From positions 119,024-183,023 of the IMG/VR virus record IMGVR_UViG_3300030202_003733: DNA of 64,000 bases; one strand, given 5' to 3'. Below the pieces are notes generated by a model. That model had not been told where the DNA came from and made no database searches. It saw only the letters and a program-made list of their open reading frames with translations. Of this stretch, positions 49,088 to 57,433 are shown in pieces (position 1 is the first letter of the stretch; each line of letters opens with the position of its first letter). A program made the translations under genes and the position numbers. The stretch is from a virus.

Positions 49088-49434
49088 GGCTGTTTTTTTG
49101 TAAAAAATGATTCAATGTCATATTTTTTCATCAATTTTCCGAAATCAACAGGCTTAAGTCCCAAAAATCTCATAGCTTCACCCTTTGTTTTAGTGGCAGA
49201 CACAGCGTATTTTAGCACTGACTCTTTTATGATATGGTTTAAGCTGTGCCAAATGGGCAAACCATACAACCTGTTACCAACAGATCGTGATGATATCTCT
49301 AATTTTAAAGCTATTATCTCTTCCAACGATAGGTTACTCAGCATCATTTCTAATCTATCGTCAGATTTGTTCTCTTTTCTGAGGGTTTTAGAAACATTAT
49401 AATGTTTGGTGGTTGACCTTCTGTTATTATTCAC
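49084..49434 (-). CDS. Protein with C-terminal Fis-like helix-turn-helix
   Basis: KESVLKYAVSATKTKGEAMRFLGLKPVDFGKLMKKYDI resembles the HTH_8 pattern. Confidence 0.55.
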   Translation of the reverse strand: MNNNRRSTTKHYNVSKTLRKENKSDDRLEMMLSNLSLEEIIALKLEISSRSVGNRLYGLPIWHSLNHIIKESVLKYAVSATKTKGEAMRFLGLKPVDFGKLMKKYDIESFFTKKQP

Positions 49435-50990
49435 TTCTTGCTCTTTCCTCTGTTGCTAGTATAAGGCTCGGCTAGATCTCCCCGCCTTCTTAGATTCAGA
49501 GGTCCAGGAACACCCAGAGAAAGCTGGGGGACTGCTGTGCCCAAGTGATCATGCTGCCTCCCAGTAGTTGCTGGGGAGTAGTTTTTAATCACATAATCAT
49601 CTCCCACAAGGTCGTCAGACAATTTCTGTGGAAACAGATCCTTGGATCCTCCAACGTCACTAACCATAATCATACTAACAGAAGATCCATCATCCACTTT
49701 AGCACCATAATTATTAACAATAAAGTTTATAGCGTCTCCAGCTTTTAACCTTAGAATTAAACATATGCAATTTGACTGCGTATCTTGAGCGGAATCCTTC
49801 CAGTGTTGATGTGTAAAATGTGTAGAACCATTTATGGTAATTTTTAAATCACTCAATGAATTAGCAGCACCGGTCCCAGCCGCCGTACTGCCCAAAACAA
49901 GAGTCACCAGGTAATCTCCAGCGCTGTCAACCGTTAATGAACCGTCAGCAGCGGTATGGGTTACACCTGTAGCTGTGACTCGATCTGTCAAATTAAGACT
50001 GCTATAGTTATCCTCATCAAAGATAGCTTTATCCCCAGAATCTGTCGCCAATACAGTACTATCGGTCTGCACAGATCCACAGAAAAAAGCCCTTGGGTCT
50101 ACACCGTTATTTGATATATCAATAAAAGAAAAAGACGTTCCTGCCTCAAGCTCAAACTCCCGAGCAGTGGAGGAGGATTGGTCGCGCTGAACAGTGGCGT
50201 ACTCATCATCTTCGACTTCGGCTATCAATGAATATGTGCTGCATACCGGAGTTCTCGCCACAGTGGAACCAGCGGTTAAGTCATCGATAGATGAGCCATC
50301 AATTGTTAATTTATGCTGGAGATCAAATATCGTGGCCTCATCTCCTTCATGAATCATTGTTGAAAAATATAAAAACTTCCTTGTAGCGGAAGGACTGAAC
50401 CGCCCGTTTGTATTGTCATAAACAACGCCATTTACTTTTGAGGCAACCACGCCACCTTCGTTGCTTCCGCCAGATGTGTGAAATAAAGCATAATTATCAA
50501 GAGTGTCTTGAACATCAGCTTTTGTAGTATAAATTGCGCTAGAATAATGGCCTTTTGTCTTTAAAGCGGTAAAATAACACCCTAACGCCGTAAAACTAGT
50601 AGCGTCGGAGCCCTCATGTGTACATGTGATAATATCGCCAGCCTCTATTGTTGCTATGATATGTATGATACACTGCTCAGGTTCAAAGTCGTCTAGCAAT
50701 AAGAGTGGCTCGTGTTCAACGATATTTGTGCCATTTTGTTTTATACGCAATGCGGCGGTTTTATCATCAGCACCTACACCACAGTTTGCAGCAAAAACAA
50801 GAAAGTAGTCGCCCTCACCGTGGAAGGTTATTTCTCCAGTGCTACTATCATAGGATATATCAGGACTCCCAACTTGATCAAAATCATAAGAACTATGATT
50901 ATCCTGATCAAAAATATTTTTTTCACCGGTTCCAGCCGTGGAGGCCGATTTTGTGAAAACAGAAAAATATGAGTGATAGTCTAAAGCCAT
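49431..50990 (-). CDS. Probable structural protein with three tandem C1q/TNF-like beta-sandwich repeats
   Basis: Three ~140-aa repeats: YDSSTGEITF..EGDYFL...AGDIIT; YDNTNGRF...EDDEYAT; HTAADGSLTV.SAGDYLV...KAGDAIN. Confidence 0.55.
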   Translation of the reverse strand: MALDYHSYFSVFTKSASTAGTGEKNIFDQDNHSSYDFDQVGSPDISYDSSTGEITFHGEGDYFLVFAANCGVGADDKTAALRIKQNGTNIVEHEPLLLLDDFEPEQCIIHIIATIEAGDIITCTHEGSDATSFTALGCYFTALKTKGHYSSAIYTTKADVQDTLDNYALFHTSGGSNEGGVVASKVNGVVYDNTNGRFSPSATRKFLYFSTMIHEGDEATIFDLQHKLTIDGSSIDDLTAGSTVARTPVCSTYSLIAEVEDDEYATVQRDQSSSTAREFELEAGTSFSFIDISNNGVDPRAFFCGSVQTDSTVLATDSGDKAIFDEDNYSSLNLTDRVTATGVTHTAADGSLTVDSAGDYLVTLVLGSTAAGTGAANSLSDLKITINGSTHFTHQHWKDSAQDTQSNCICLILRLKAGDAINFIVNNYGAKVDDGSSVSMIMVSDVGGSKDLFPQKLSDDLVGDDYVIKNYSPATTGRQHDHLGTAVPQLSLGVPGPLNLRRRGDLAEPYTSNRGKSKK

Positions 50991-50999
50991 TGCCGCCTC

Positions 51000-51803
51000 C
51001 TATATTTCTGGGAGTTCCTCGACTCCCGGCACATTGTCCAACTCCGCTTTTTCGCCAGGTGTGGAATATTCGGCAGGAGTCTCTGGTTCTTCCTCGGGGG
51101 CCGGTGATAGCTCTTCTTCAAAACGATCAAAATATAACTTAAAGTTTAGTAAAAGAAAATCTTTAAATACTTGTCTCTCTGATTGATTATCCATGGCTGC
51201 AACTTTACTGTCTGCATCAAGTTTAGAGTATTCATTTTCAATTTGATTTTTAATTTGTTGAAAAGTTGTATAAGCAGCATTACGACCGGTTTTATCTAAT
51301 TCACTATCATCCAATCCAAGAGCAAATTCTTCCTCTGGTGGTAGCTCATCGTCTTCAGCAGGTTCGTCATCGTCGTATATATCAATAAATCCTGGGGTGT
51401 CCTCGTCCCCAATATTTAAATCGATATCTTCACTTAAACCTTTTTTATCCGAAAGGACAGAATCAGGATCTGCGTCGAGGGTTCTTATTAAATTTTCTAT
51501 TGCATTTAATATATGCTTTCTAAAAGACACTCTTTGGTCTTGTGATGTCGTTAATTCTTTATAATCCTCTTCCACACTAGGAACAATTTTTTTTAATAGG
51601 TCTTTAAGAAAATTTACAGCCGTTATATCATAAGGTGCGGTTGGGCTACCGCCAATCGCTATAGCTTCATTGATGCGTCCCCTGATATATCTTCGCAGGA
51701 TGTTTTCGTTAATTTTTCGCTCACGAATAGATTTTAAGATGCTGTGCTGGACAGCTTTTCTAAATCTTATTTCTTCTAATAATTCAAACCTATTTATCGG
51801 CAT
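51000..51803 (-). CDS. Acidic hypothetical protein (probable head/internal protein)
   Basis: Start MPINRFELLEE at 51803 with an AGAGG RBS. ILRRYIRGRINE motif and Asp/Glu-rich linkers. Confidence 0.7.
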   Translation of the reverse strand: MPINRFELLEEIRFRKAVQHSILKSIRERKINENILRRYIRGRINEAIAIGGSPTAPYDITAVNFLKDLLKKIVPSVEEDYKELTTSQDQRVSFRKHILNAIENLIRTLDADPDSVLSDKKGLSEDIDLNIGDEDTPGFIDIYDDDEPAEDDELPPEEEFALGLDDSELDKTGRNAAYTTFQQIKNQIENEYSKLDADSKVAAMDNQSERQVFKDFLLLNFKLYFDRFEEELSPAPEEEPETPAEYSTPGEKAELDNVPGVEELPEI

Positions 51804-52113
51804 TTTTATTTTTCCTCTTTTTAGCTGGTCGTGCCGGTGATATTGCCACGGCCCCACCTGCCATGGTGGACATCTCTTCAAGAACGTTTAGCTTTTCCTC
51901 TAAAACAGTCACTCTTTCTTGGAGCTTTCTATGTTTTTTCCTAATTTCTCTCAAGTGTGACTTAGCAACCTCGACCATGTTTTTGTCTCTCTGAGACCCA
52001 GGCCGGAGTTTACTCAGAGCCTCTCCCAAGGATTGAATATACGCCATTGTGGAGGGTGTTTTTTTCTCCTCCCCCAAAAGAAACTGCCTAGTCATTTTGT
52101 TTAAATCAATCAT
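51790..52113 (-). CDS. Hypothetical coiled-coil protein
   Basis: 107 aa. LQERVTVLEEKLNVLEE coiled coil, then EEMSTMAGGAV. Confidence 0.7.
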   Translation of the reverse strand: MIDLNKMTRQFLLGEEKKTPSTMAYIQSLGEALSKLRPGSQRDKNMVEVAKSHLREIRKKHRKLQERVTVLEEKLNVLEEMSTMAGGAVAISPARPAKKRKNKNADK

Positions 52114-52119
52114 ATTTAT

Positions 52120-52863
52120 TTACCCGTTGTTAACAATTGTTTCTATATAAGCTTTAAGTTCGGACATGGTTTTGTCTTTTTCCTCTTCGCTTCCTAAATT
52201 CACAACCGTCCCGCCATCATCAGCAGGCTGTGCTGCTTCTGGGGCGTACTCCGACGCTGCTTGTTCTAAACTCTCAACATCATCACCCTTGGTGGGCTCC
52301 TTGCCAGACGTGAACAGACCTAACGCTCCCATCATATAGGGGACTGCCTCTGTAAAACGAGAATCCTTACTAGCTAATTGTTTAACTGTGGAATCTATAA
52401 GTGGTTTTTTTGCTTGGAGAGTGGCTCTTAATTTATTAGCTTCTTTGCCACCTTTTGCTACATATCCCGTTAATCTAGCTACTTGAGCAGCATATTTACC
52501 CGCTTTTGGGATTAAATCACCAATAAATGGCGCAACGGCACCCGCCAAGGAAGCGGCACTAAGAAGCGCAAACAAATAAGCAAAAGTTGCCTCGTAGCCA
52601 TCCCCCTCCGCTCTGAGCCTTTCGGCCTCTTGAACATACCAAATAGCATTGGCAATATCTGCCGCCTCCCCTAATTCAGGGACAATCCCAACCACGTCAA
52701 GAGCAATATGGCCAAGCTCTGAGCCGACACCCTCTTCAATATCCTCTTCAAAACAATGATCTTCGTCGATATCTCTGCTTGTCCCGCAATGAGCTTCAGA
52801 GAGGGCAAACTTCTCCATGAGAAGCCTATTAATTTCCTTGTTTTTCCATTCATGAATTTTCAT
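52120..52863 (-). CDS. Protein with pre-toxin TG (PT-TG)-like domain
   Basis: HIALDVVGIVPELGEAADIANAIWYVQE...ALLSAASLAGAVAPFIGD matches the PT-TG pattern H..LD..G..P..G...D..N...Y. Confidence 0.65.
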   Translation of the reverse strand: MKIHEWKNKEINRLLMEKFALSEAHCGTSRDIDEDHCFEEDIEEGVGSELGHIALDVVGIVPELGEAADIANAIWYVQEAERLRAEGDGYEATFAYLFALLSAASLAGAVAPFIGDLIPKAGKYAAQVARLTGYVAKGGKEANKLRATLQAKKPLIDSTVKQLASKDSRFTEAVPYMMGALGLFTSGKEPTKGDDVESLEQAASEYAPEAAQPADDGGTVVNLGSEEEKDKTMSELKAYIETIVNNG

Positions 52864-52903
52864 TGCAATATTTCCTCGTATAGCGTGTATTATTAAATAG
52901 AAT

Positions 52904-54322
52904 TTAGTTTTCTTTATTGCCTATATTAAATTTTTCCATCAAAAGACGTTTAACCTCTTGATTCTTCCATTCTTTTATGGAAGATGTGGTCTTTCTGATA
53001 ATATATCTTATGCGATTGCCATTTATAAGACCGGGATTATTTCTACCCTTGGCACTTATTTTATTTTTTGCAAATGTATCTGATAAATTGCCCCCACAAA
53101 CTTCATTATTACCAATGTATATGTCACAATGGTATTTTCCGTAATTAGATGGAATATAACAAACAATATCGTTTGGCTCATAACTATAATTTAGCTCTTC
53201 TGGGGTGAATAACTGGTACCCGTTGGCCCCACTTCTTCTATTTTTTCTAGCACGAATCATATAATCTGTATGACTAGCACTCCTGGGGAAATCATTGTCG
53301 GATCGGAAACACCAAGATATGGCCACTGCGCTCCATGGTGTTCGAGAACTAAAACTATTTGCATTCTCTGGCGTTACTTGATTCCACCCACACCACCTCC
53401 ACATAGCCGCTAAACGCTCAGCTAATTCTGGGTCATCCTCCTTCCTACCTCCCCAAATGGCCAACTCCGCCACCGCGTCCCGTGAAGGATTCCCCGTACT
53501 AGTGAGTATATTAGAGTCCAAAGACAGCTCAGAGCCTAGATCCTCGACACTTTCGGGCCCACGGAACGCCATGTCACCAGATACTGGCTGCCATGTGCCA
53601 TCAAATTTCTTATAGAAACGACTTTTGGAGTATATCCTGTTTTTTTCTGACTCGGACATTTTTTCCCATTGTTCTACAGGAGGTATACTTAGATTGAGAC
53701 CTACGTCGATCATATCAGGCTTATTTCCAATTTTACTTTTATTATTCTTATAGATTAGCGGCCACTTGTGGACATTTCCATAAAATTTACCGGATATACT
53801 TGATAAAGTGTCCCCAGATTCGACTTCATACTGTTGATTTTCTATTTCCTTGATAATAGACTCGGAGGTGACATACATTTGATAATTATCTTTATATCTT
53901 TTCTTATAATCATCCTCCCAATCCCGAAAACACATATTTCCTAATAAATAAGCCTCTTTCTCCATCTTTCTTAAGTGCGGATCCTTTTGAGCATACTGAT
54001 CGCCGCCTAAACCACCGCTAAAATCAAATTGACCTTTGCAGTTCTGCATGTGATGTACTAATTCATGAGATAATGACCTCAAAACATCTTTAGGGTGTCG
54101 ATTATCCACATAAACAACTATAATTTCTGTTTGTGGGTCGTAATGAGCCGTTTTTCCAAGTAATTTATACGCATTTTCCTTATCCGAAGAAAAATGTATG
54201 GTCGGAGGCCTATTAAAACCTATTCTTTTCTTTGCGAATGGTAAAAAATCATTAATAAGAGGCTTTAACTTAACAAAATTTTGATCCGACTTGTTGATTA
54301 TATTAAATCTCACTTGTGACAC
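52904..54322 (-). CDS. Modular protein: zincin-like HExxH + LysM + DUF2272/CHAP-like domain
   Basis: LRSLSHELVHH; YEVESGDTLSSISGKFYG...LNLSIP (LysM); PWSAVAISW...H...DIVC...HCDI...GGNLSD (DUF2272-like). Confidence 0.75.
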   Translation of the reverse strand: MSQVRFNIINKSDQNFVKLKPLINDFLPFAKKRIGFNRPPTIHFSSDKENAYKLLGKTAHYDPQTEIIVVYVDNRHPKDVLRSLSHELVHHMQNCKGQFDFSGGLGGDQYAQKDPHLRKMEKEAYLLGNMCFRDWEDDYKKRYKDNYQMYVTSESIIKEIENQQYEVESGDTLSSISGKFYGNVHKWPLIYKNNKSKIGNKPDMIDVGLNLSIPPVEQWEKMSESEKNRIYSKSRFYKKFDGTWQPVSGDMAFRGPESVEDLGSELSLDSNILTSTGNPSRDAVAELAIWGGRKEDDPELAERLAAMWRWCGWNQVTPENANSFSSRTPWSAVAISWCFRSDNDFPRSASHTDYMIRARKNRRSGANGYQLFTPEELNYSYEPNDIVCYIPSNYGKYHCDIYIGNNEVCGGNLSDTFAKNKISAKGRNNPGLINGNRIRYIIRKTTSSIKEWKNQEVKRLLMEKFNIGNKEN

Positions 54323-54339
54323 CTACAAAGAATACACTA

Positions 54340-54347
54340 TAAATAGT
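54340..54347 (-). promoter_or_regulatory. Putative late promoter core ACTATTTA
   Basis: Intergenic, about 18 nt upstream of the GTG at 54322. Confidence 0.55.
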
Positions 54348-54356
54348 CTGGTAATA

Positions 54357-54608
54357 TCAGAATACCTCTAGGTTTTTTACACTAGAAACAACAGAAAGTG
54401 AAGATAACAAAAATTCATAGTGCTGTTTGTCGGCCAAAGAATTGACTTTTGCCACTAAAACGTCGCGATTACCCATCTTTTTTTTAAAAATTCTCACTAT
54501 TAGACCAATATTTTCACCTTTACCCAACGCGCTCCATGAAACTAAATCACCAACGCTAAACAAATGTTGATATTCGTGACCAAAAACGGTGTTATCAGTC
54601 TTCATCAT
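54357..54608 (-). CDS. Small SH3/KOW-like hypothetical protein
   Basis: FSVGDLVSW...IGLIVRIF beta pattern. Confidence 0.6.
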   Translation of the reverse strand: MMKTDNTVFGHEYQHLFSVGDLVSWSALGKGENIGLIVRIFKKKMGNRDVLVAKVNSLADKQHYEFLLSSLSVVSSVKNLEVF

Positions 54609-54903
54609 CCCTTGCGTCTATTAGTTGTCTCTCAAGTTTAGCTTTTTCATATGAAACAGCCTTTATTAGGTCATCCATAAGATCGAATATTGTTCTCTTA
54701 AGGACAATGATATCAACTGCCCCAGAATTTAAATCGCTTACTATACCATCAGACAAACCCTGTACTAGATTTATAATTTTATCCATAGTATGAAGGTATG
54801 GCTGCATGGCTAACGTGTGTTTATCTCCATGGTAGGCCATTGTGTCATATATTTCTTTTATTTCTTGTTCAATAAGCTTATCAATTTTATCAATTGTCTT
54901 CAT
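54595..54903 (-). CDS. Hypothetical helical protein
   Basis: 102 aa. N-terminus MKTIDKIDKLIEQEIKE. Confidence 0.7.
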   Translation of the reverse strand: MKTIDKIDKLIEQEIKEIYDTMAYHGDKHTLAMQPYLHTMDKIINLVQGLSDGIVSDLNSGAVDIIVLKRTIFDLMDDLIKAVSYEKAKLERQLIDARDDED

Positions 54904-54907
54904 TTTA

Positions 54908-55516
54908 TTATATCTCCACTATTTTTTCTGCGATTGTGAGAATTGTATCTTGCACATCAAATTGGTCTTTAAAATCAGGCGCTAAATTGACACCATCTAA
55001 AGAAATGTTTGCCTCTTTGGATAAATTTTCTAATTTTTTTATGCTTCTCTTAGCGGCAACAGCCGGAGAAGCTGGATATTTACTAAAAAGTCTGGTTTCA
55101 TTTAGTTCACCCGCGCCGTAACGAAGGTCTTTAGTCAGACCGGACCCTGACTTTACAAAATTCTTCTTGAATCTTCTGACAGCTTCAGTTTCAACACCCT
55201 TTACGCTCGTCGTTTCTGGGTCTTCTATTGTGTCGAGTTCTTTTTCTATATCACCAACAGTGTCTTCGACATCTTCTATCTTCTCTTTTTCGCTTTTCGC
55301 AACCTTTTTGGGTTGTTTTTCTTGAGGATCTTTCTTTTTAACCTTGTCTTTTGTTTTTTTGACCGGAATATCCATCTCCCCAGCGATCATCTTCTCCATA
55401 TTAGCACTAGTAAACTTGCTATTACTAGAAGAGTAGACTTTATTCTTATCAATACCTTGTTCTTCAGCCTTTTCCAAAACTTTTTGGTAAAGCTGCTGTT
55501 TAGTTAGTTTTTTTTT
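54908..55516 (-). CDS. Charged hypothetical protein; 5' end entangled with an A10 run (frameshift candidate)
   Basis: The track ORF starts at TTG 55477, but the frame is open to the A10 run (KKKLTKQQLYQKVLEKAEE) with an in-frame TGA just upstream of it. Confidence 0.6.
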   Translation of the reverse strand, partial: KKKLTKQQLYQKVLEKAEEQGIDKNKVYSSSNSKFTSANMEKMIAGEMDIPVKKTKDKVKKKDPQEKQPKKVAKSEKEKIEDVEDTVGDIEKELDTIEDPETTSVKGVETEAVRRFKKNFVKSGSGLTKDLRYGAGELNETRLFSKYPASPAVAAKRSIKKLENLSKEANISLDGVNLAPDFKDQFDVQDTILTIAEKIVEI

Positions 55517-56277
55517 TGGTCGTCCTCATCTTCAGGAGACTCTTCGGGCGCACTTTCAGGCTCAGGCTCAGGCTCTGGAGGGGCCTCTGGCTCATTACCC
55601 ACCGCAGCCGCAGCAGTTGCCGCAGCAGCGCCGCCTACCTCGGGGCTAAAAAACCTTCTAAGTTTGCTTCCTTTCGGAAAAAGTTCTGCTACAGCATTAC
55701 AAATAGTTTCTCTAAGTTCATTCGCAAGAGCCTCCACAACACGAGCACTTTTGACAGCTTCACTAAACTGGTCAATCATAATCACGCCCCATGAGGTATT
55801 TTTATCGGCCCCAAGCTGTGTAGGTAGAGTTTTTGCGGCTAAGAATACAGAGGCCTGTGCAATGGCTTCTGCAATTTCTTGACAAGCAGATTCCTCACCT
55901 CTCCAAATTTGTAAAAGTTCACGAAATTCTATTTCTGCTACGAAAGCAGCAACAGCCGCCCTAACATCCGGATTTTTTATACCCAACATGCCGACAAGCT
56001 TACCAAAAAACCAACGTTTTAAACCATTTAAGACACCCTCGTATGTGCGCCCTGGGCCACCTGCTGTCATACCAAGAAGGCCTGCAATGGTTGAACTAAG
56101 AGATTCATTCATAAGTGACAAACGATCAGTAAAATCCTCTATACTACTAGATTCTGATAACAAAGAAACCAAAATCCTATCTTCTTTGGTTATATTGCTT
56201 CTCATATTTTCAATTATAATCTGATTTCTAATTTCGCTTGATATCAAACTACGCAAATTTTCTTCGGTGAGTATCAT
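55504..56277 (-). CDS. Hypothetical protein (probable internal/virion protein)
   Basis: 257 aa. N-terminus MILTEENLRSLISSEIRNQIIIE, helical core, Ala/Pro/Glu-rich tail. Confidence 0.75.
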   Translation of the reverse strand: MILTEENLRSLISSEIRNQIIIENMRSNITKEDRILVSLLSESSSIEDFTDRLSLMNESLSSTIAGLLGMTAGGPGRTYEGVLNGLKRWFFGKLVGMLGIKNPDVRAAVAAFVAEIEFRELLQIWRGEESACQEIAEAIAQASVFLAAKTLPTQLGADKNTSWGVIMIDQFSEAVKSARVVEALANELRETICNAVAELFPKGSKLRRFFSPEVGGAAAATAAAAVGNEPEAPPEPEPEPESAPEESPEDEDDQKKN

Positions 56278-56299
56278 AATATTCTTCCTTCTAATATAT

Positions 56300-56307
56300 T
56301 AAATAGT
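56300..56307 (-). promoter_or_regulatory. Putative late promoter core ACTATTTA
   Basis: Intergenic, adjacent to the palindrome AGTAATTAATTACT (56305-56318). Confidence 0.55.
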
Positions 56308-56313
56308 AATTAA

Positions 56314-57021
56314 TTACTTGTATTCCATATAAAATGGAAATTTATCAAGAATGCCAAAAACAGCTATTACATGCTTACACACCTTGTTAATTCTATTGGG
56401 GTCTCTGACCACTGGGTCGGATGCTGTGCCTGCGGGGGTCTGGTACTGATAATTCCCAGCCTTTGCGTTGTATTCGGGTCCACCCCACTTAAAAAATGGA
56501 CAGGTACATGAGACTTGTATGTCCGCCCTGTTAATATCTCTTAGATTGCCTCTTTTTAAGCCTTTTAAAGTTGTTATATACGAGCTTTTAGAGTTTGGTG
56601 GACATTTTTTATCGCCCTGTGCTCTACATCCCGGCACATTAAATTTCCACAAGCCTTGATCAGGTCGAGCATACACTAGCCTTATCCTGGGGGATCTATC
56701 TGGGTTTTCTATTTCTTGATCATATGGGTCGTTATTAGACGGCGACGGTGCTCCTCGGCCCACAATCACAGGGTTTGTAACACTACGAACGTCAGAATAG
56801 GTAGCCTCATTTAATAAAACACCCCTTCGAAGAAGTATTCTATTAGTTTGGGACTCAATATCGTAAAATTCATTTTCACATAAAGTGGTCAAAGAATTTT
56901 TTAAATTTTCAAATAAAAATCTTGGCATATCATGACCGTTACATACCCCACACGAATCAGAGTGATGTTCGTGTGGGGTATGTATAAAGTTTTTCCATGA
57001 ATTTAATTCTTTGTTTTGCAT
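56314..57021 (-). CDS. SWIM zinc-finger protein
   Basis: QVSCTCPFFKWGG...NKVCKHVIAV (CxC...CxH). Start is MQNKELNSWKNFI at 57021, or GTG at 57036. Confidence 0.75.
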   Translation of the reverse strand: MQNKELNSWKNFIHTPHEHHSDSCGVCNGHDMPRFLFENLKNSLTTLCENEFYDIESQTNRILLRRGVLLNEATYSDVRSVTNPVIVGRGAPSPSNNDPYDQEIENPDRSPRIRLVYARPDQGLWKFNVPGCRAQGDKKCPPNSKSSYITTLKGLKRGNLRDINRADIQVSCTCPFFKWGGPEYNAKAGNYQYQTPAGTASDPVVRDPNRINKVCKHVIAVFGILDKFPFYMEYK

Positions 57022-57028
57022 TTTCTTA

Positions 57029-57433
57029 TTATACACCTGTTTTAAAAATTTGAAAAGTATATTTCATAGTTTCTGAGTTTTGAAGCAATTCTTCCCTATA
57101 CCGGCCAGTCTTCTGTAGATCATCTATGTCGTGGCCCCTACTCCTTGCATTAGAAAGAGCCTTCTTCATTGCCACTGATTTATCTATGGAGGTCCCCACA
57201 CCGATTAACTCACCAGGTTCTTGTTCTGGGGCTGGCTCTTCGGATGGTTTCTTTTTCTTATGAAACAACTCTTGCATATCATCACTTGATGCGAGTGCTC
57301 GCTCTAAATCTAGCTTATGCTTCTTCCCCTCCGGGGTGTCGTCCCAGGTGCTCATAACAGCCTGAACTCGCTGTTGGAAGTCGTCTATCTCCTCAGCATC
57401 TCTTACTTCTTTAATTAATTTAATTTTAATCAT
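57029..57433 (-). CDS. Hypothetical protein
   Basis: 134 aa. N-terminus MIKIKLIKE. Confidence 0.7.
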   Translation of the reverse strand: MIKIKLIKEVRDAEEIDDFQQRVQAVMSTWDDTPEGKKHKLDLERALASSDDMQELFHKKKKPSEEPAPEQEPGELIGVGTSIDKSVAMKKALSNARSRGHDIDDLQKTGRYREELLQNSETMKYTFQIFKTGV

